Assembly: GCA_951406725.2 (NCBI GenBank)
Contig: OX597836.1
Span: forward strand, 33,914,001 to 33,978,000
Source: Octopus vulgaris
Lineage: Eukaryota
Reading direction: 5' to 3'
Length of the DNA: 64,000 bases
Part shown: piece by piece, positions 1 through 13,217 of the stretch
Position numbering within the stretch: position 1 is the first letter of the stretch
How the letters are laid out: each line of letters starts with the position of its first letter
Position numbers and translations under genes: made by a program
Notes under the pieces: generated by a model
What the model was told of the DNA's origin: nothing
Databases searched by the model: none
Seen by the model: the letters and a program-made list of their open reading frames with translations, nothing else

Positions 1-95
1 ATATATATATATGAATATATGTAAATAAATGAATATATATACGTGTGTGTGTGTATATATATATACAGATAGATAGATAGATAGATGTACATATA

Positions 96-146
<51 letters not shown>

Positions 147-356
147 ATGTTTGTGTGTCTATGTTTGTTTCCAATATCGCTTGATAACCGATGTTGGTGT
201 GTTTACGTCCCCGTAATTAAGCTGTTCGGCAAAAGCGTAGGTTCGACTCCCAGAGTGGGCTGCGCATTGTGTTCTTGAGCAAAACACTTCATTTCACGCT
301 GCTCCAATACCCTTTTCCATCAGTGGGGGTGGGAATGTTGGCCTTTTCGCCCAGCC

Positions 357-697
357 AGTTAAGTAAGTTAAGTTAAGTTAAGTTTTTGGCTCAAAATGCA
401 AAAAGCAAGGCCATGTAGGGGGACATGGAGTTATGTACAGGGAGGGTGTTCATGCAAAGAGTTCAGACCATTTCTGGTCAAGAGAGACTTTGAACCGAGC
501 GGTCGTCGGCATCTTCACTATCCCGTCCGGCAGCTTATTCCACGGATCCGCAACCCGGACGGAGAAAGCCCCTCTCCTTCGATTGAGATGAAATCGTCGC
601 AGATAGAGTTTTTCGGAGTGACCCCGCAGCCGACGCTCTGGAGCAGGAGTGAAGAACAGCTCTTTCGAGAGGTTACACTTTCCACTTATGATGTAGT
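357..697 (-). mobile_element. 5'-truncated CR1-group LINE 3' end (ORF2 C-terminus, 3' UTR, (CTTAA)n-like tail)
   Basis: Minus-strand ORF 450-776 ends LRGHSEKL...RRGAFSVRVADPWNKLP...FKVSLD, the typical CR1/L2-group ORF2 C-terminal motif. A short tandem tail (agtta)n lies at 357-382. Confidence 0.8.
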
Positions 698-702
698 AGT
701 AC

Positions 703-790
703 CATTCGAAGGCTAAAACGATGCAAAGCGCATTGTGACTAGCGATGTTACAACATCTGAAAGTCTTGTCGGTCACGTGATCACGTGATA
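703..790 (+). mobile_element. SINE family B, 3' tail type 1 fragment
   Basis: Matches the tails at 39450-39537 and 54575-54661, ending in GGTCACGTGATCACGTGA. Confidence 0.75.
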
Positions 791-874
791 TTTATCTACT
801 ACTACTACTACTACTACTACATATACTCTCGCATTATACTTACATACATATAGTAGTAGTACAACTCCTTCCCG

Positions 875-1104
875 AGTCATACCCACTCAAAAGGGCCGGT
901 TTCCCGGTTTCATGACATATATTCCCCATCTGGACGGGACGCCAATCCCTCGCAGGATTACACACTTTTGCCAGCTGAGTGGACTGGAGCAACGTGAAAT
1001 AAAGTGTTTTATCTCAAAGACACAACACGTCGGCCAGTGCAAGAATCGAAACCACAATCTTTCGATCATGAGCTCAACACCCGTACCAATAAGCCACGCA
1101 CGTC
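875..1104 (-). mobile_element. tRNA-headed SINE family D carrying the GGAAACCGG-type tail
   Basis: Minus strand has A/B-box-like head (GGTTTCGATTC) and body TTTCACGTTGCTCCAGTCCACTCAGCTG, also seen at 48590-48810. Tail is similar to 63830-63905. Confidence 0.7.
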
Positions 1105-1220
1105 AACAAATTAATACGTGCATATATCCATAAGCACATTTTTATTAATATCATCGAATGCAGTATCCTTTGCGCGTTTATAATTGGTATTTAATTCCTT
1201 CAGTATTAATTTATTGTTAA

Positions 1221-1636
1221 GGCGGCGAGCTGGCAGAAACGTTAGCACGCCGGGTGAAATGCCTAGCAGTATTTCGTCTGCCATTACGTTCTGAGTTCAA
1301 ATTCCGCCGAGGTCGACTTTGCCTTTCATCTTTTCGGTGTCGATTAAATAAGTACCAGTTACGCACTGGGGTCGATGTAATCGACTCAATCCGTTTGTCT
1401 GTCCTTGTTTGTCCCTTCTGTGTTAAGCCCCTTGTGGGTAGTAAAGAAATAGGTATTTCGTCTGCCGTTACGTTCTGAGTTCAAATTCCATTGAGGTCAA
1501 CTTTGCCTTTCATCCTTTCGGAGTTGATTAAATAAGTACCAGTTACGCACTGGGGTCGATGTAATCGACTTAATCCGTTTGTCTCTCCTTGTTTGTCCCC
1601 TCTATGTTTAGCCCCTTGTGGGCAATACAGAAATAA
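1221..1636 (+). mobile_element. SINE family C with tandemly duplicated 3' module
   Basis: GGCGGCGAGCTGGCAGAA head, GAGTTCAAATTCC B box and GCCTTTCATCCTTTCGGGGTCGAT..AAGTACCAG core. The module repeats from about 1452. Confidence 0.85.
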
Positions 1637-1658
1637 ATATTAGTTTATTGTAGCTATA

Positions 1659-2140
1659 GTGGAGGTGCAATGGCCAAGTGGTTAGGGTAGCAGACTCGCG
1701 GTCGTAGGATAGCGGTTTCGATTCCCAGATCGGGCATTGTAAGTGTTTATTGAACGAAAACACCTAAAGCTACGCTCGCATGCCGACATGCACAAACATG
1801 TGCATGTCTCAACACACACACATATACCTACATAAGGAACGCACAAACACACACATTCTCATACATGTTGTACCTGTATTTCAAAGGGCCAACCTTAATG
1901 GTACACGTGTCTGTGGAGTGCTCATCCACTTGCACGTTAATAAATGAGCTGCGACGTCACTGGTGCCAAGCTGTATCGGCCCCTTTGCCTTTCCCTTAGA
2001 TAATACTGGTAGCGTGGAGAGGGGAGGCTGGTATGCATGGGCTACTGCTGGTCTTCCATAAGCGACCTTGCCCAGACTTGTGCCTCGGAGGGTAACTTTC
2101 TAGCTGCAATCCCATGGTCATTCATGACCGAAGGGGGTCA
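1659..2140 (+). mobile_element. Chimeric SINE family B copy interrupted by an inverted local insertion
   Basis: B head (TGGCCAAGTGG / GGTTTCGATTCC), foreign segment 1771-1867, then part of tail type 3, then a tail shared with 48590-48680. Confidence 0.7.
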
Positions 2141-2572
2141 GAACAGAACAGAACAGATATATAGATGGCACACGTATATGTGACTGTTTCCGTGTGTGTG
2201 TGCATGTGTCTGTGTGTGCATGTGCATGTATGCACCCGTGCCTTATGTAAATGCACGTGTTTGGGTTATGTGGGTGCGTGCTTGTGTGAAGCGTACCTCA
2301 TGTGTGTGCGTTTGTGTATAGAGAGCACATATCTGTGTGTGTGTTTTTGCCTTATGTGTGTGTATAGAAGTGCATGTGTTTGTTTGTGAGGGTGTGTCTT
2401 CTGTGTGGGCGTGCTTTATGTGTGTGTCTGTGTGTGCCTTATGTATGTTACCTTACGCATGTATGAGAATGTGTGTGTTTGTGCGTTCCTTATGTAGGTA
2501 TGTGTGTGTGTGTGTTGAGACGTGCACGTGTTTCTGTATGTTGGCATGCGAGCGTACCTTATGTGTGTGAGT

Positions 2573-3000
2573 GTGTCTATAAAGGCCACGGGTTTGTGTG
2601 TATATTTGTGTACGAATTTGTGTGTGCTTGTGTGAGTGTGTTTGTGTGCGTGTGTGGGTATGTGTGTACATATATATGTGTATGCGTGTATGTGAGAGTA
2701 TGTGTGTGAGTGTGTCTATAAAGGCCACGGGGTTTGTGTGTGTATTTGTGCACGAATTTGTATGTGCTTGTGTGAGTGTGTTTGTATGCGTGTGCGTGTG
2801 TGGGTGTATATATATATATATGTATGCATGTATGTGAGAGTATTTGTGTGTGTGTGTCTATAAAGGCCACGGGTTTGTGTGTGTATTTGTGTACGAATTT
2901 TTGTGCGCTTGTGTCTGTGTGTGTGTGTGCGCGCGCTCGTGTGCGTGTGTGGGTATGTGTGTACATATATATGTGTATGTGTGTATGTGAGAGTATGCGT
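2573..3000. repeat. ~140-bp tandem repeat x3 built on (TG)n
   Basis: The marker ATAAAGGCCACGGG..TTTGTGTG..CGAATTT recurs at about 2579, 2718 and 2860. Confidence 0.85.
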
Positions 3001-3179
3001 GTGTGTATGTGAGAGTATGCGTGTGTGTCTATGTGTCTGTGTGCGTATGTGTGTGTATGCGTGTGTCACTGTGTCCCGGCATGTGGATGTCCTCTCTAAA
3101 ATGACACGTAGACAGAGACACACGTCTATATAAATATATCTTGAAGATCAATCACCATTTATAGTTTATATGTGTGTAT

Positions 3180-3228
<49 letters not shown>

Positions 3229-3616
3229 ACACAGTATTCCCATGACATTATCTCTTACAGGTGACCAGACATGTCTGACGTGAGATAAAGAGACTAAAGT
3301 GGCCAACAATGAACGATCAGCAGACGCACGCTGTGGTAGGTCTCTATGTGCAAGTAAAATGTCAAAACGAGGCTGTAGACTCCATTTTTATCTCGACTGC
3401 ATTGTTAACGATTATTTTTGTTTCCGTTTCCTTCTGTGTTTCGTAGTAACTGTTTATCTTTGACAGAAGGAATTCAAGGCAACAGAAGTGTGTGTACGTG
3501 TGTGTGTGCGTACGTATGTGTATATATGCGTTTGTGTGGTTATGTTTATGTGTGTTTGTGTGGGTATGTTTATGTGTGCTTGTGTCTGCTTCTCTGTGTA
3601 GGTTCAATATATATGT

Positions 3617-3680
3617 CAGGGGTGGCCAAACCGCGGCTCGCGAACCACATGCGGCACTTTGATCGTTAATATGCGCCTCG
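3617..3680 (+). mobile_element. hAT (Charlie-like) terminal fragment
   Basis: CAGGGGTGGCCAAAC terminus followed by GCGGCTCGCG/ATGCGGC subterminal motifs. No right end found. Confidence 0.5.
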
Positions 3681-4683
3681 TAGAAATATGTCGGCTGAGC
3701 TCCTGTTTTCATCAAGGTTTATATAAAAGGTAAATAAGAAAAATTTCAAGCTTTATAATTATTTACTGGGTATGAATTGAGACCCCATTGGGTTAAAACC
3801 TAAGTTTAATGTAAATTACACACTTTTACACAGTAAATATATTTAAGAATTTAAATCCTAGTTTTAATGCTAAATCTGAGTGAGGCATTGTTCTTTAGTG
3901 TTGAGGAAAGGATTTGTAGGAGGCAGGGGGGATTAAAGAAATTTCCGGTCAGCAAGGGTTACTGAGAAATGTCAGAAGTTTGAGTTCACGGGTAACGGGG
4001 ATTAAAGGTTTGGGTGAGCCGGGGTCACAGGTGGCTTAATGAGTCTTGTCCCGAACAGGACGCCAGAGTTACACATTCACTGCTGAACAGACTGGAGGAG
4101 CAATGTGAAACGGAGTAAAAAAAAAAACACAACGCACCACCACCCAATCCGGGAATCGAAATTATATTCTCGCGTTCGTGAGTTCAGCACTCTAACCACT
4201 CGGCCAGGCGCTTTGAATTCTCATAATATGACTTCGAAAAAAAGAATGTATCGAGAATGTTACTGCAAACTTTAAAAATAAAGTTAATAGACTTTGTAAT
4301 GGAACAAGAATTCGAATAATGCATTTACCTGAAAGCGTGTCTGAAGTCCAAATTGCTACAGAATGGAAAACATGTTGTTCCTGAAATTAGACTGAGTCTC
4401 GTTCATTCCACTCCGTCATTCAACCTTACACAATTAAGTATTCCAGTTCGGTTTTCAATGCTATCTGTTGAATAAAATATGCCTTCTCCTCACCCCGATA
4501 TCTTTTATACCCTGTCGGGTATTATTAATACACGCACGCACGCGGTACAGGGACCGCAAATCTCTCTGGATTCAAACCCTACTGTCTTATTAATAATGGA
4601 AGGGCACTTTGGCAATGTAGTGCCTGGTGTAGTGAAAGAGAGGATGGTTATTTGTTATATTCGATCGGTCCTGACCTGTGGTT

Positions 4684-4826
4684 AAACAACAGCAACAACA
4701 ACAACAACAACAACAAAAACAAAACAGCAGTAACGACAACAACAATAGCAAAAACAACAACAGCAGCAGCAGCAGTAGCATCAACAACAACAACAGCAGC
4801 AGCAGCAGTAGCAGCAAAAACAACAA

Positions 4827-4858
<32 letters not shown>

Positions 4859-4945
4859 AAAGCAATAGCAACAAAACAAAAACAACAACAGCAACAACAG
4901 CAACAACAATAACAACAAAAACAAGAAACTCAACCACAGCAACAC
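4684..4945. repeat. Compound (AAC)n/(AGC)n microsatellite
   Basis: Seen directly in the sequence. Confidence 0.95.
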
Positions 4946-5086
4946 TAAATTATACATGGCTACCTTACACATATTGTAATACGTAATCTTTATCTTTTAC
5001 GTGTTTATAATTTTCACCTTAAAAGGTATTTTAATATGCTGGACACTGATAAATTGTTTAAAAAAATTTTTTTGAAAACATTTTAT

Positions 5087-5124
<38 letters not shown>

Positions 5125-5188
5125 CCCTTACACATAATCGTTTTACTCAGGGACTAGTAGACCTGACACCGTTCATTAATCGGTGTGC

Positions 5189-5236
5189 ATTCAAAGCAAT
5201 GATTAGTAAATTCACGAAACCGGTATGCTTTTGAAT
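5189..5236 (+). ncRNA. Degenerate minimal type I hammerhead ribozyme
   Basis: Stem I ATTCAAAGCA/TGCTTTTGAAT; core ATGATTA (two changes from CTGATGA); stem II GTAAATTCAC; GAA; palindromic stem III ACCGGT; GUA site. Confidence 0.55.
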
Positions 5237-5521
5237 CTCTTTAACAGTTCACAATAATGACTTATATTACTTTTATTCCTACCTCAGTTCATCTAATTGT
5301 ATATATATCTATCGTTATTTTCATAAAAAGCCTTTACTTGTTTTTGATTTCCAATGTGCATTTTCACTTATTTTTCTTCTTACTTTCCCTTTACATTTCC
5401 ACGTGTAGTTTCTATTTTCTTTTTGTAACATATTTCTATTATATATATAAATATAAATATAAATATAAATATAAATACATATATATGTTATTTATTTAAA
5501 GGTCAAAATACATGTATTAAA

Positions 5522-5574
5522 GCGCTACTAATAGTTTCATATCTGAAGAGAACTCAACCATATTCTTCAGGCGC
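5522..5574 (-). ncRNA. Minimal type I hammerhead ribozyme
   Basis: Minus strand reads GCGC CTGAAGA ATAT..ATAT GAA ACTA-T-TAGT A GCGC: intact core, three stems and a GUA site. Confidence 0.75.
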
Positions 5575-5859
5575 AAACCACATAACATAACTAACTAAAG
5601 AAATTGAATAATAGAAGACACGCGTAAAACGAAAAAAAGAAAAAAAAACTGTGAAGGCAACATATAGAAAATGAAGACAGTAAACAATGGAAAACGAAAA
5701 ACGGAAAAACGAAAAACAGAAACTAAAATATAAAAAATAAAAAAGTAAAAGGATAAAAGTGCTATCCTCCTTAGACATTAAATGATAAGGCTGGAAAGAT
5801 ACCAAGTCAGTCAGGAATAGGCGGAATTTTCCAATTCTTCGAAATATATAGTATATATA

Positions 5860-6105
5860 GATGCAGGAGTGTCTGCGTGGTAAGTTGCGTGCTTACCAAC
5901 CACATGGTTCCAGGTTCAGTCCCACTGCATGGCACCTTGGGCAAGTGTCTTCTACTATAACCTCAGGCCAACCAAAGCATTGTGAGTGGATTTAGTAGAC
6001 GGAAACTGAAAGAGACCCGTCGTATATATATATATATATGTATATGTTTGTGTGTCTGTGTTTGACTCCCCCACCTCTCAACGTCGTTTGACAACCGACT
6101 CGGCA
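5860..6105 (+). mobile_element. SINE family A (tRNA head, CORE-like segment), 3'-truncated
   Basis: GCAGGAGTG..GTGGTAAG head, GGTTCAGTCCC B-box-like, GGCACCTTGGGCAAGTG, internal (TA)/(TG) tract. Confidence 0.8.
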
Positions 6106-6149
6106 AAAAAAAAATGAACAAAAAAGCCTGGTGAAAGCAGTTTTATGTA

Positions 6150-7207
6150 CGAAGGTGAGTCAAAAAGTAATACCATTTTGTTTAGAACAGGTATAATTAC
6201 CAACGCAAGAACATGTATCATACATCAAAATGAAGCTGGTCTTCTGTGGATCACATCCCTACTTCTCAATATAGTTACCGTTTCTCTCAAAAGCAATGTT
6301 CCACTTTCAAATGAGAGCATGCATCCCTGCCCCGTAAAATTCTGTTGACTGTTCTTTGAGCCAATTCTTCGCTACAGTTTTCACTTCCTCGTCACTGAAA
6401 TAATGTTTGCCTCTCAAACCCTCTTTCATGGGGCCGAAGAGATGATTGTTTGAAGGTGCTAAATTTTTCCAGTGACGAGGAAGTGAAAACTATAGTGAAG
6501 AAGTGACTCAAAGAACAGTCAATAGAATTTTACGGAGCAGGATACATGCTCTCATTCGAAGGTGGAACATTACTATTGAGAGAAACGGTGACTATGTTGG
6601 GAAGTAGGACATGCATAAGATCTGGTCATCAAATCTAAGTAGAGACTTCAAACCTGAAATCTTCAAAGCCACAGTCGAACCAATTCTACTATATGGCTCA
6701 GAAACCTGGACGTTATCAAAGAAGCTTGAGAGGCGGTTGGATGGAACCTACACTCGCCTCCTTATGAGAGCTCAAAATCTCTCGTGGAAGCGCCATCCAA
6801 CCAAAATGCAAATATATGGGAAACTACCACCTGTCTCATCTCTTGCGAAAGGTAGAAGAGTCCAGTTTGCTGGACATTGTTGTAGAGCTGAAAACGAGGT
6901 AATTTCTACTCTTCTCCCCTGGAAGCCATCTACTCGCAATACCAGAGGGCGCACACTCTCCTACCCTGATGTAATCTCCAGGGATACAGGCATCCAGCAA
7001 CAGGACCTCCGTAATGCCATGATGGACCGTGAAGTTTGGGCGTAGCATGGTAAATTCCATTGTCTCGACCACGGTCGAACAATGATGATGATGATGGGAA
7101 GTATGGATGTGATCCACAGAGGACCATTTTGATGTATGACACATGTTTCTGTGTTGGTAATTATACGTGCCCTAAACAAAATGGTATTACTTTTTGACTC
7201 ACCCTCG
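6150..7207. mobile_element. Fold-back mariner derivative made of two inverted transposon 3' ends
   Basis: TIRs CGAAGGTGAGTCAAAAAGTAATACCATTTTGTTTAG at both ends, TA flanks. Both arms encode the transposase C-terminus (SDEEVKT..LKEQS.EFY..WNI..ERNG.Y) pointing outward. Confidence 0.85.
6609..7094 (+). mobile_element. 5'-truncated RTE-clade LINE nested in the mariner derivative
   Basis: ORF 6611-7045 has ILLYGSETW, FAGHC.R and AMMDREVW motifs; (GAT)n tail; TSD TGGGAAGTA at 6598-6606 and 7095-7103. Confidence 0.9.
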
Positions 7208-7491
7208 TACCAATCTATCTTTTGCTTAAGAATGTCATGACTAAAGCTATTTTTAAAAATTTTATTTATAGAAGCAGAAATACCAATTTCACTTGTTGGG
7301 TAGATATTTAACATAATCCCTAGAATAACCATGAAAAGTAATTTTGCAGAAAGATTTAATTAAAGATGAAAAATATAATCCCTAACAGGAACCACCCAGA
7401 CGACTGCATTAACCAAACGCATGATTTTTAATTTCGCAGTGAAAGGATTAAGACGATGGAGTGTGATCTAAGAAAAATTTAGCTGAATTTT

Positions 7492-7905
7492 GGCGGCGAG
7501 CTGGCAGAATCGTTAGCACGCCGGGCGAAATGCGTAGCCGTATTTCGTCTGCCGTTACGTTTTGAGTTCAAATTCCGCCGAGGTTGACTTTGCCTTTCAT
7601 CCTTTCGGGGTCGATTAAATAAGTACCAGTTACGCACTGGGGTCAATATAATCGACTTAATTCGTTTTTCTGTCCTTGTTTATCCTCTCTGTGTTTAGCC
7701 CCTTGTGGGTAGTAAAGAAATAAGTATTTCGTGTGTCTTTACGTTCTGAGTTCAAACTCCGCCGAGGTCGACTTTGCCTTTCATCCTTTCAGGGTCGATA
7801 AATTAAGTACCAGTTACGCACTGGGGTCGATGTAATCGACTTAATCCCTTTGTCCTTGTTTGTCCCCTCTATGTTTAGCCACTTGTGGGCAATAAAGAAA
7901 TAAGA
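7492..7905 (+). mobile_element. SINE family C with duplicated 3' module
   Basis: Colinear with 1221-1636. Confidence 0.85.
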
Positions 7906-7948
7906 AATTTAGTTGCTATTTCTAGCCGGTTGAAGCGACCATGAAAAT

Positions 7949-8253
7949 CATTGGCTCTCAATCATATTTGATCTATGAACCCCTTTGATTCTTATTTTGC
8001 TCTGAGGCTGACCTTCATAGCAATTCCATGTTTTAAAATATCCAATTATATGTTTTTAATTATATATTAATATATTAGTAGGAATTTCATAGGAAAATTG
8101 CAAAAAAATATTTTGTGCATTGAAGAAATATAAGCGATTAAGTTTTCATAAATTTCCCCAGCAAAATCTTATATGGACCCCCAAAAGTCACATGGAAGGC
8201 CAAAGGTCATATGGATACCCTAGGGTCACATGGACCCTGGTTGAGAACCACTG
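7949..8253. mobile_element. hAT (Charlie-like) MITE
   Basis: Right end GGTTGAGAACCACTG, decayed left end CATTGGCTCTCAATC, repeated ATGGACCC subterminal motifs. Confidence 0.6.
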
Positions 8254-8275
8254 AGGTAAACGATCTCTCACTGAT

Positions 8276-8666
8276 GGGATGGATGGAAGCACTCCGTCGG
8301 TTACGACGACGAGGGTTCCGGTTGATCCGAATCAACGGAACAGCCTGCTCGTGAAATTAACGTGTAAGTGGCTGAGCACTCCTAAGACACGTGTACCCTT
8401 AACGTAGTTCTCGGGGATATTCAGCGTGACACAGAGAGTGACAAGGCCGGCCCTTTGAAATACAGGTACAACAGAAACAGGAAGTAAGAGTGAGAGAAAG
8501 TTGTGATGAAAGAGTACAGCAGGGATCACCCCCCCCTACCGGAGCATCGTGGAGCTTTTAGGTGTTTTCGCTCAATACACACTCACAACGCCCGGTCTGG
8601 GAATCGAAACCGCGATCCTACGACCGCGAGTCAGCTGCCCTAACCACTGGGCCATTGCGCCTCCAC
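8276..8666 (-). mobile_element. Full-length SINE family B with tail type 3
   Basis: tRNA-like head at 8590-8666; tail ends GTAACCGACGGAGTGCTTCCATCC; TSD TCTCACTGAT on both sides. Confidence 0.9.
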
Positions 8667-8962
8667 TCTCACTGATACAGAGTATAGGTAAGAATCTATG
8701 GAGAAGTCTACGGAGGCCGATTATTCCGATAGAATGATAATTAACTCTATAGAATTTAATTAGCGCGATAGTGTAATTACCTCTATAGAGGCATAATGAA
8801 CGAGTGAATGAATGGGTGAATGAATAAATTAATTAGTTTTGTAATTATTTCATCGTCACTACCCTCTTCCCCCCTGTAAATGAATGCCAGATATCTATAT
8901 ATACGCACGTATTTACGCACATACAGGCATATATACATACATGTGTATATAAACCTAAACAC

Positions 8963-9308
<346 letters not shown>

Positions 9309-9319
9309 GCATTAACCCG

Positions 9320-10262
9320 TCTTTATGTTTGAGTTCAAATTCCACCGAGGTCGACTTCTCTCCTGCACTTTTTTTTCTGGGAGGATAAAAGAAGTACAAC
9401 TCAAGTACTGGGGTCGATGTACCCCTTAAAATCGCTGGCCTTGTCCCAAAATTTGAAACCATTAATTTTTAAAGGCGGTAAGCTGGGAGAATGGTTAGGG
9501 CGTCGGAGAAAATGCATAGCGGCATTTCGTCCCTCTCTATGATCTAAGTTTAAATTCTACCGAGGTTGACTTTGCCTTCTACCCTTTGGGGTCGATGAAA
9601 GTAATACTAGGGCCGATATAATCGACTAGACCCCTACCTTAGAAAATGTCAGGCCTTGTGCCTATAATAGAAAGGTTTCTTATTATTATTAAGGCACCGA
9701 GCAAGGCGGCGAGCTTGCAGAATTGTTAGCACGCCGGGCGACATGTTTAGTGGTATGTCGTCTGTCTTTATGTTCTGAGTTCAAATTCCGCCGAGGTCGA
9801 CTTTGCTATTCATCCTTTCGGGGTCGATGATATAAGTACCGGTTGAGTCCTAGGGTCGATATAATTATAATCGACTAGCTCCCTCGCCACTAATTTCAGT
9901 CATTGTACAGATAGCAGAAGGGATTATAATTATTACCAAGACGTTCTGAGTTCAAATTCCGCCGAGGTTGACTTGGCCTTTTATCCTTTCGGGTCTCGAT
10001 TAAATAAGTACCAGTTACCCGCTGGAGTCGATGTAATCGACTTAGTCCCCTTCCCACCAAGCTGCCCTTGTGGCAAAAAATTTGAAATCATTATTATTAC
10101 TATTACTATTATTATTAGATGCGACGAGCTGGCAGAATCGTTCAGAATCTGTGTTCAAATTCCGCCGAGGTCGACTTCGCCTTCCATCCTTTCGGGGTCA
10201 ATGGAATTATAACCAGTTGAACTCAAGGGTCGATATAATTCAGGCCTTGTGCCTCTACTAAA
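9320..10262 (+). mobile_element. Head-to-tail cluster of about five diverged SINE family C copies
   Basis: GTTCAAATTCC(G)CCGAGGT(C)GACTT-like motif recurs at about 9332, 9548, 9779, 9950 and 10153, separated by short (ATT)n. Confidence 0.8.
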
Positions 10263-10340
10263 AAGGTTTTTGCTGTTATAGTCACAGTGGTTGTTATTGT
10301 TGTTGCTGCTGCCGTTGTCGTCAGTTGTTCTGTTGTTGTT

Positions 10341-10371
<31 letters not shown>

Positions 10372-10505
10372 TTGTCAATGCATGGCTGTCAATGGCCAAT
10401 TTGTCGTTTCCCAGACTTCAAGGAGATATTATATAAACCACAAACTTGGCCTCTTTCTGCAATGATAAATATTTAAAATAAGACGCTTCTGGTAGGAATC
10501 TGCAT

Positions 10506-11337
<832 letters not shown>

Positions 11338-11842
11338 GCATATATGTCAGCCAACACAATGGGCTGGGTCTCTGCAGACCTTCAATACAATCGTGCTTTG
11401 AGAGTCCTAATGACATTTCTCTTTATTATTCTTATGCCACGCCTGCATATAATGGAGAAAAATGGGAAAAAGTGTTGTGAGCCTGTCTTTGCCGTAGCTC
11501 AGAGATCCAAACTCGGGCATCTAACGTATTGAACATGGCGTAACTGGGGCGTTGGTTGTAATCCGATAGATATGAAGAACATCGCATAAACTTCTGTGGA
11601 GGGTTAGGGTTTGGCTTAGTGGTTAGGGGATATTGGATTCATGACCGGTATTTTAATTTCATCGGCCCCAGAATGATGACAGCTAAATTGTGCACGATGG
11701 CTTTTCAGCTCAGCACGTAAAGAGTTGAAAACAAGTATAGTAAAGCATTGCGGTCGATTTTATCGAATAGGCCCGTTCTCCCTTAGACATTCTGTGCTTC
11801 TCCTTTCGAAGACATCACCATCTCTGTCTGTCTGTCTGTCTT

Positions 11843-11880
<38 letters not shown>

Positions 11881-12406
11881 CTGCTTCCATCCAATGTAGA
11901 CGGCTTTCTCTGTCTCTCACGCCGTTCTCAAAGCGTTCAAAATATTTTTTTCATTCGTAGAGGCTTAACAGCCCTTAATGTTCATCCTACTGTTATTCTC
12001 CTTGTCCTGTCTTTTACTGTTTTTATTTTGTATTGTTTTTACTGTCCTGTTTTTGTTACCATTTTTACCTCTCCGCAAAAAAATCTCATATGTTATTTAA
12101 TTTGCTTTTGCGGGAAGGACTGTTTCAACGAAGTCGTGCCTCGCCTTTACCTTCGAAACGCGGAGTAGATGAAACAGAGGCGGCTGAAGAAGGGGAATGT
12201 TCCTTGTGTTGTATGTCTTGTACTCTAGTTTTTCGTTGTTTAAGAAAAATGTCCATTTCCTTGGTTTTGTTTTTATGTTTTGGTTTCTCATTGTGTTCGA
12301 CGTTTTTTTGGTGTCCTGTACCCATATATGCATGTATATATACATATAGATGTAGGTACGTACATATATGTATGTATATATGCATATCTTTTATTCATTT
12401 TTTTGT

Positions 12407-12457
<51 letters not shown>

Positions 12458-12509
12458 CGTGTGGGTGGGTGTGCGTCACTGCGAGCCTGCGTGTGTGTGT
12501 ATGGGTGTG

Positions 12510-12720
12510 TGTATGTTTGTGTGTCTGTGTTTGTTCCCCCTAGCATTGCTTGACAACCGATGTTGGTGTGTTTACGTACCTGGTAACTTAGCGGCTCGGT
12601 AAAAGAGACAGATGGAATAAGTACTAGGCCTGCAAAAAGAATAAGTCCTGGGGGTCGATTTGCTCGACTAAAGGAGGAGGTGCTCCAGCTTGGCCGCAGC
12701 TAAATAACTGAAGCAAAAAT
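12510..12720 (+). mobile_element. SINE family A 3' module
   Basis: GCTTGACAACCGATG..AATAAGTACTAGG..GGTGCTCCAGC.TGGCCGCAG. Confidence 0.8.
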
Positions 12721-12746
12721 AAAGAAGAAAAGAAAGAAAAAAGAAT

Positions 12747-12783
<37 letters not shown>

Positions 12784-12789
12784 CGGTAA

Positions 12790-13078
12790 ACGTCGCCCAT
12801 TTCAAGCCTAGCCAGGCTCATGGACCCGGTTTCCCGGTTTCTGTAGCGTATGTGTTCGCCCCAGCTGGACAGGAAACCAGTCCATCGCAGTTTTACTCAA
12901 GAAACAGGAAGAGAGAGAGTGAGAGAAAGTTGTGGCGAAAGAGAGCAACAGGGGTCGCCACCACCCTCTGCCGGATCCACACGGAGCTTTAAGTGTTTAC
13001 GCTCAATAAACACTCACAAGGGCCGGTTTGGGAATCGAAACGGCGATCCTCCGATCACGAGGCCATTGCGCCTCCACA
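12790..13078 (-). mobile_element. SINE family B with tail type 2
   Basis: Reverse complement of 63660-63933. Confidence 0.85.
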
Positions 13079-13154
13079 CTATATATATATATATATATAT
13101 TTTATATATGTATATATATGTATATATAATGAATATAGAGACTGATATTTCAAT

Positions 13155-13217
13155 CACCTGAAGAATGACTGTAACTCGAATTTTTACGAATTGGACAGCC
13201 ATGAAACGATCGTAGTG
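13155..13217 (+). ncRNA. Minimal type I hammerhead ribozyme in a (TA)n-flanked cassette (~13130-13350)
   Basis: CAC CTGAAGA ATGACTGT..ACAGCCAT GAA ACGATCGT A GTG: intact core, 7/8-bp stem II, palindromic stem III, GUA site. Confidence 0.85.

Noticed and set aside
12100-12335. TA-adjacent cassette with GAAACGCG and CTGAAGA motifs
   Set aside because: Motif order and pairing do not form a hammerhead; left as unclassified sequence.
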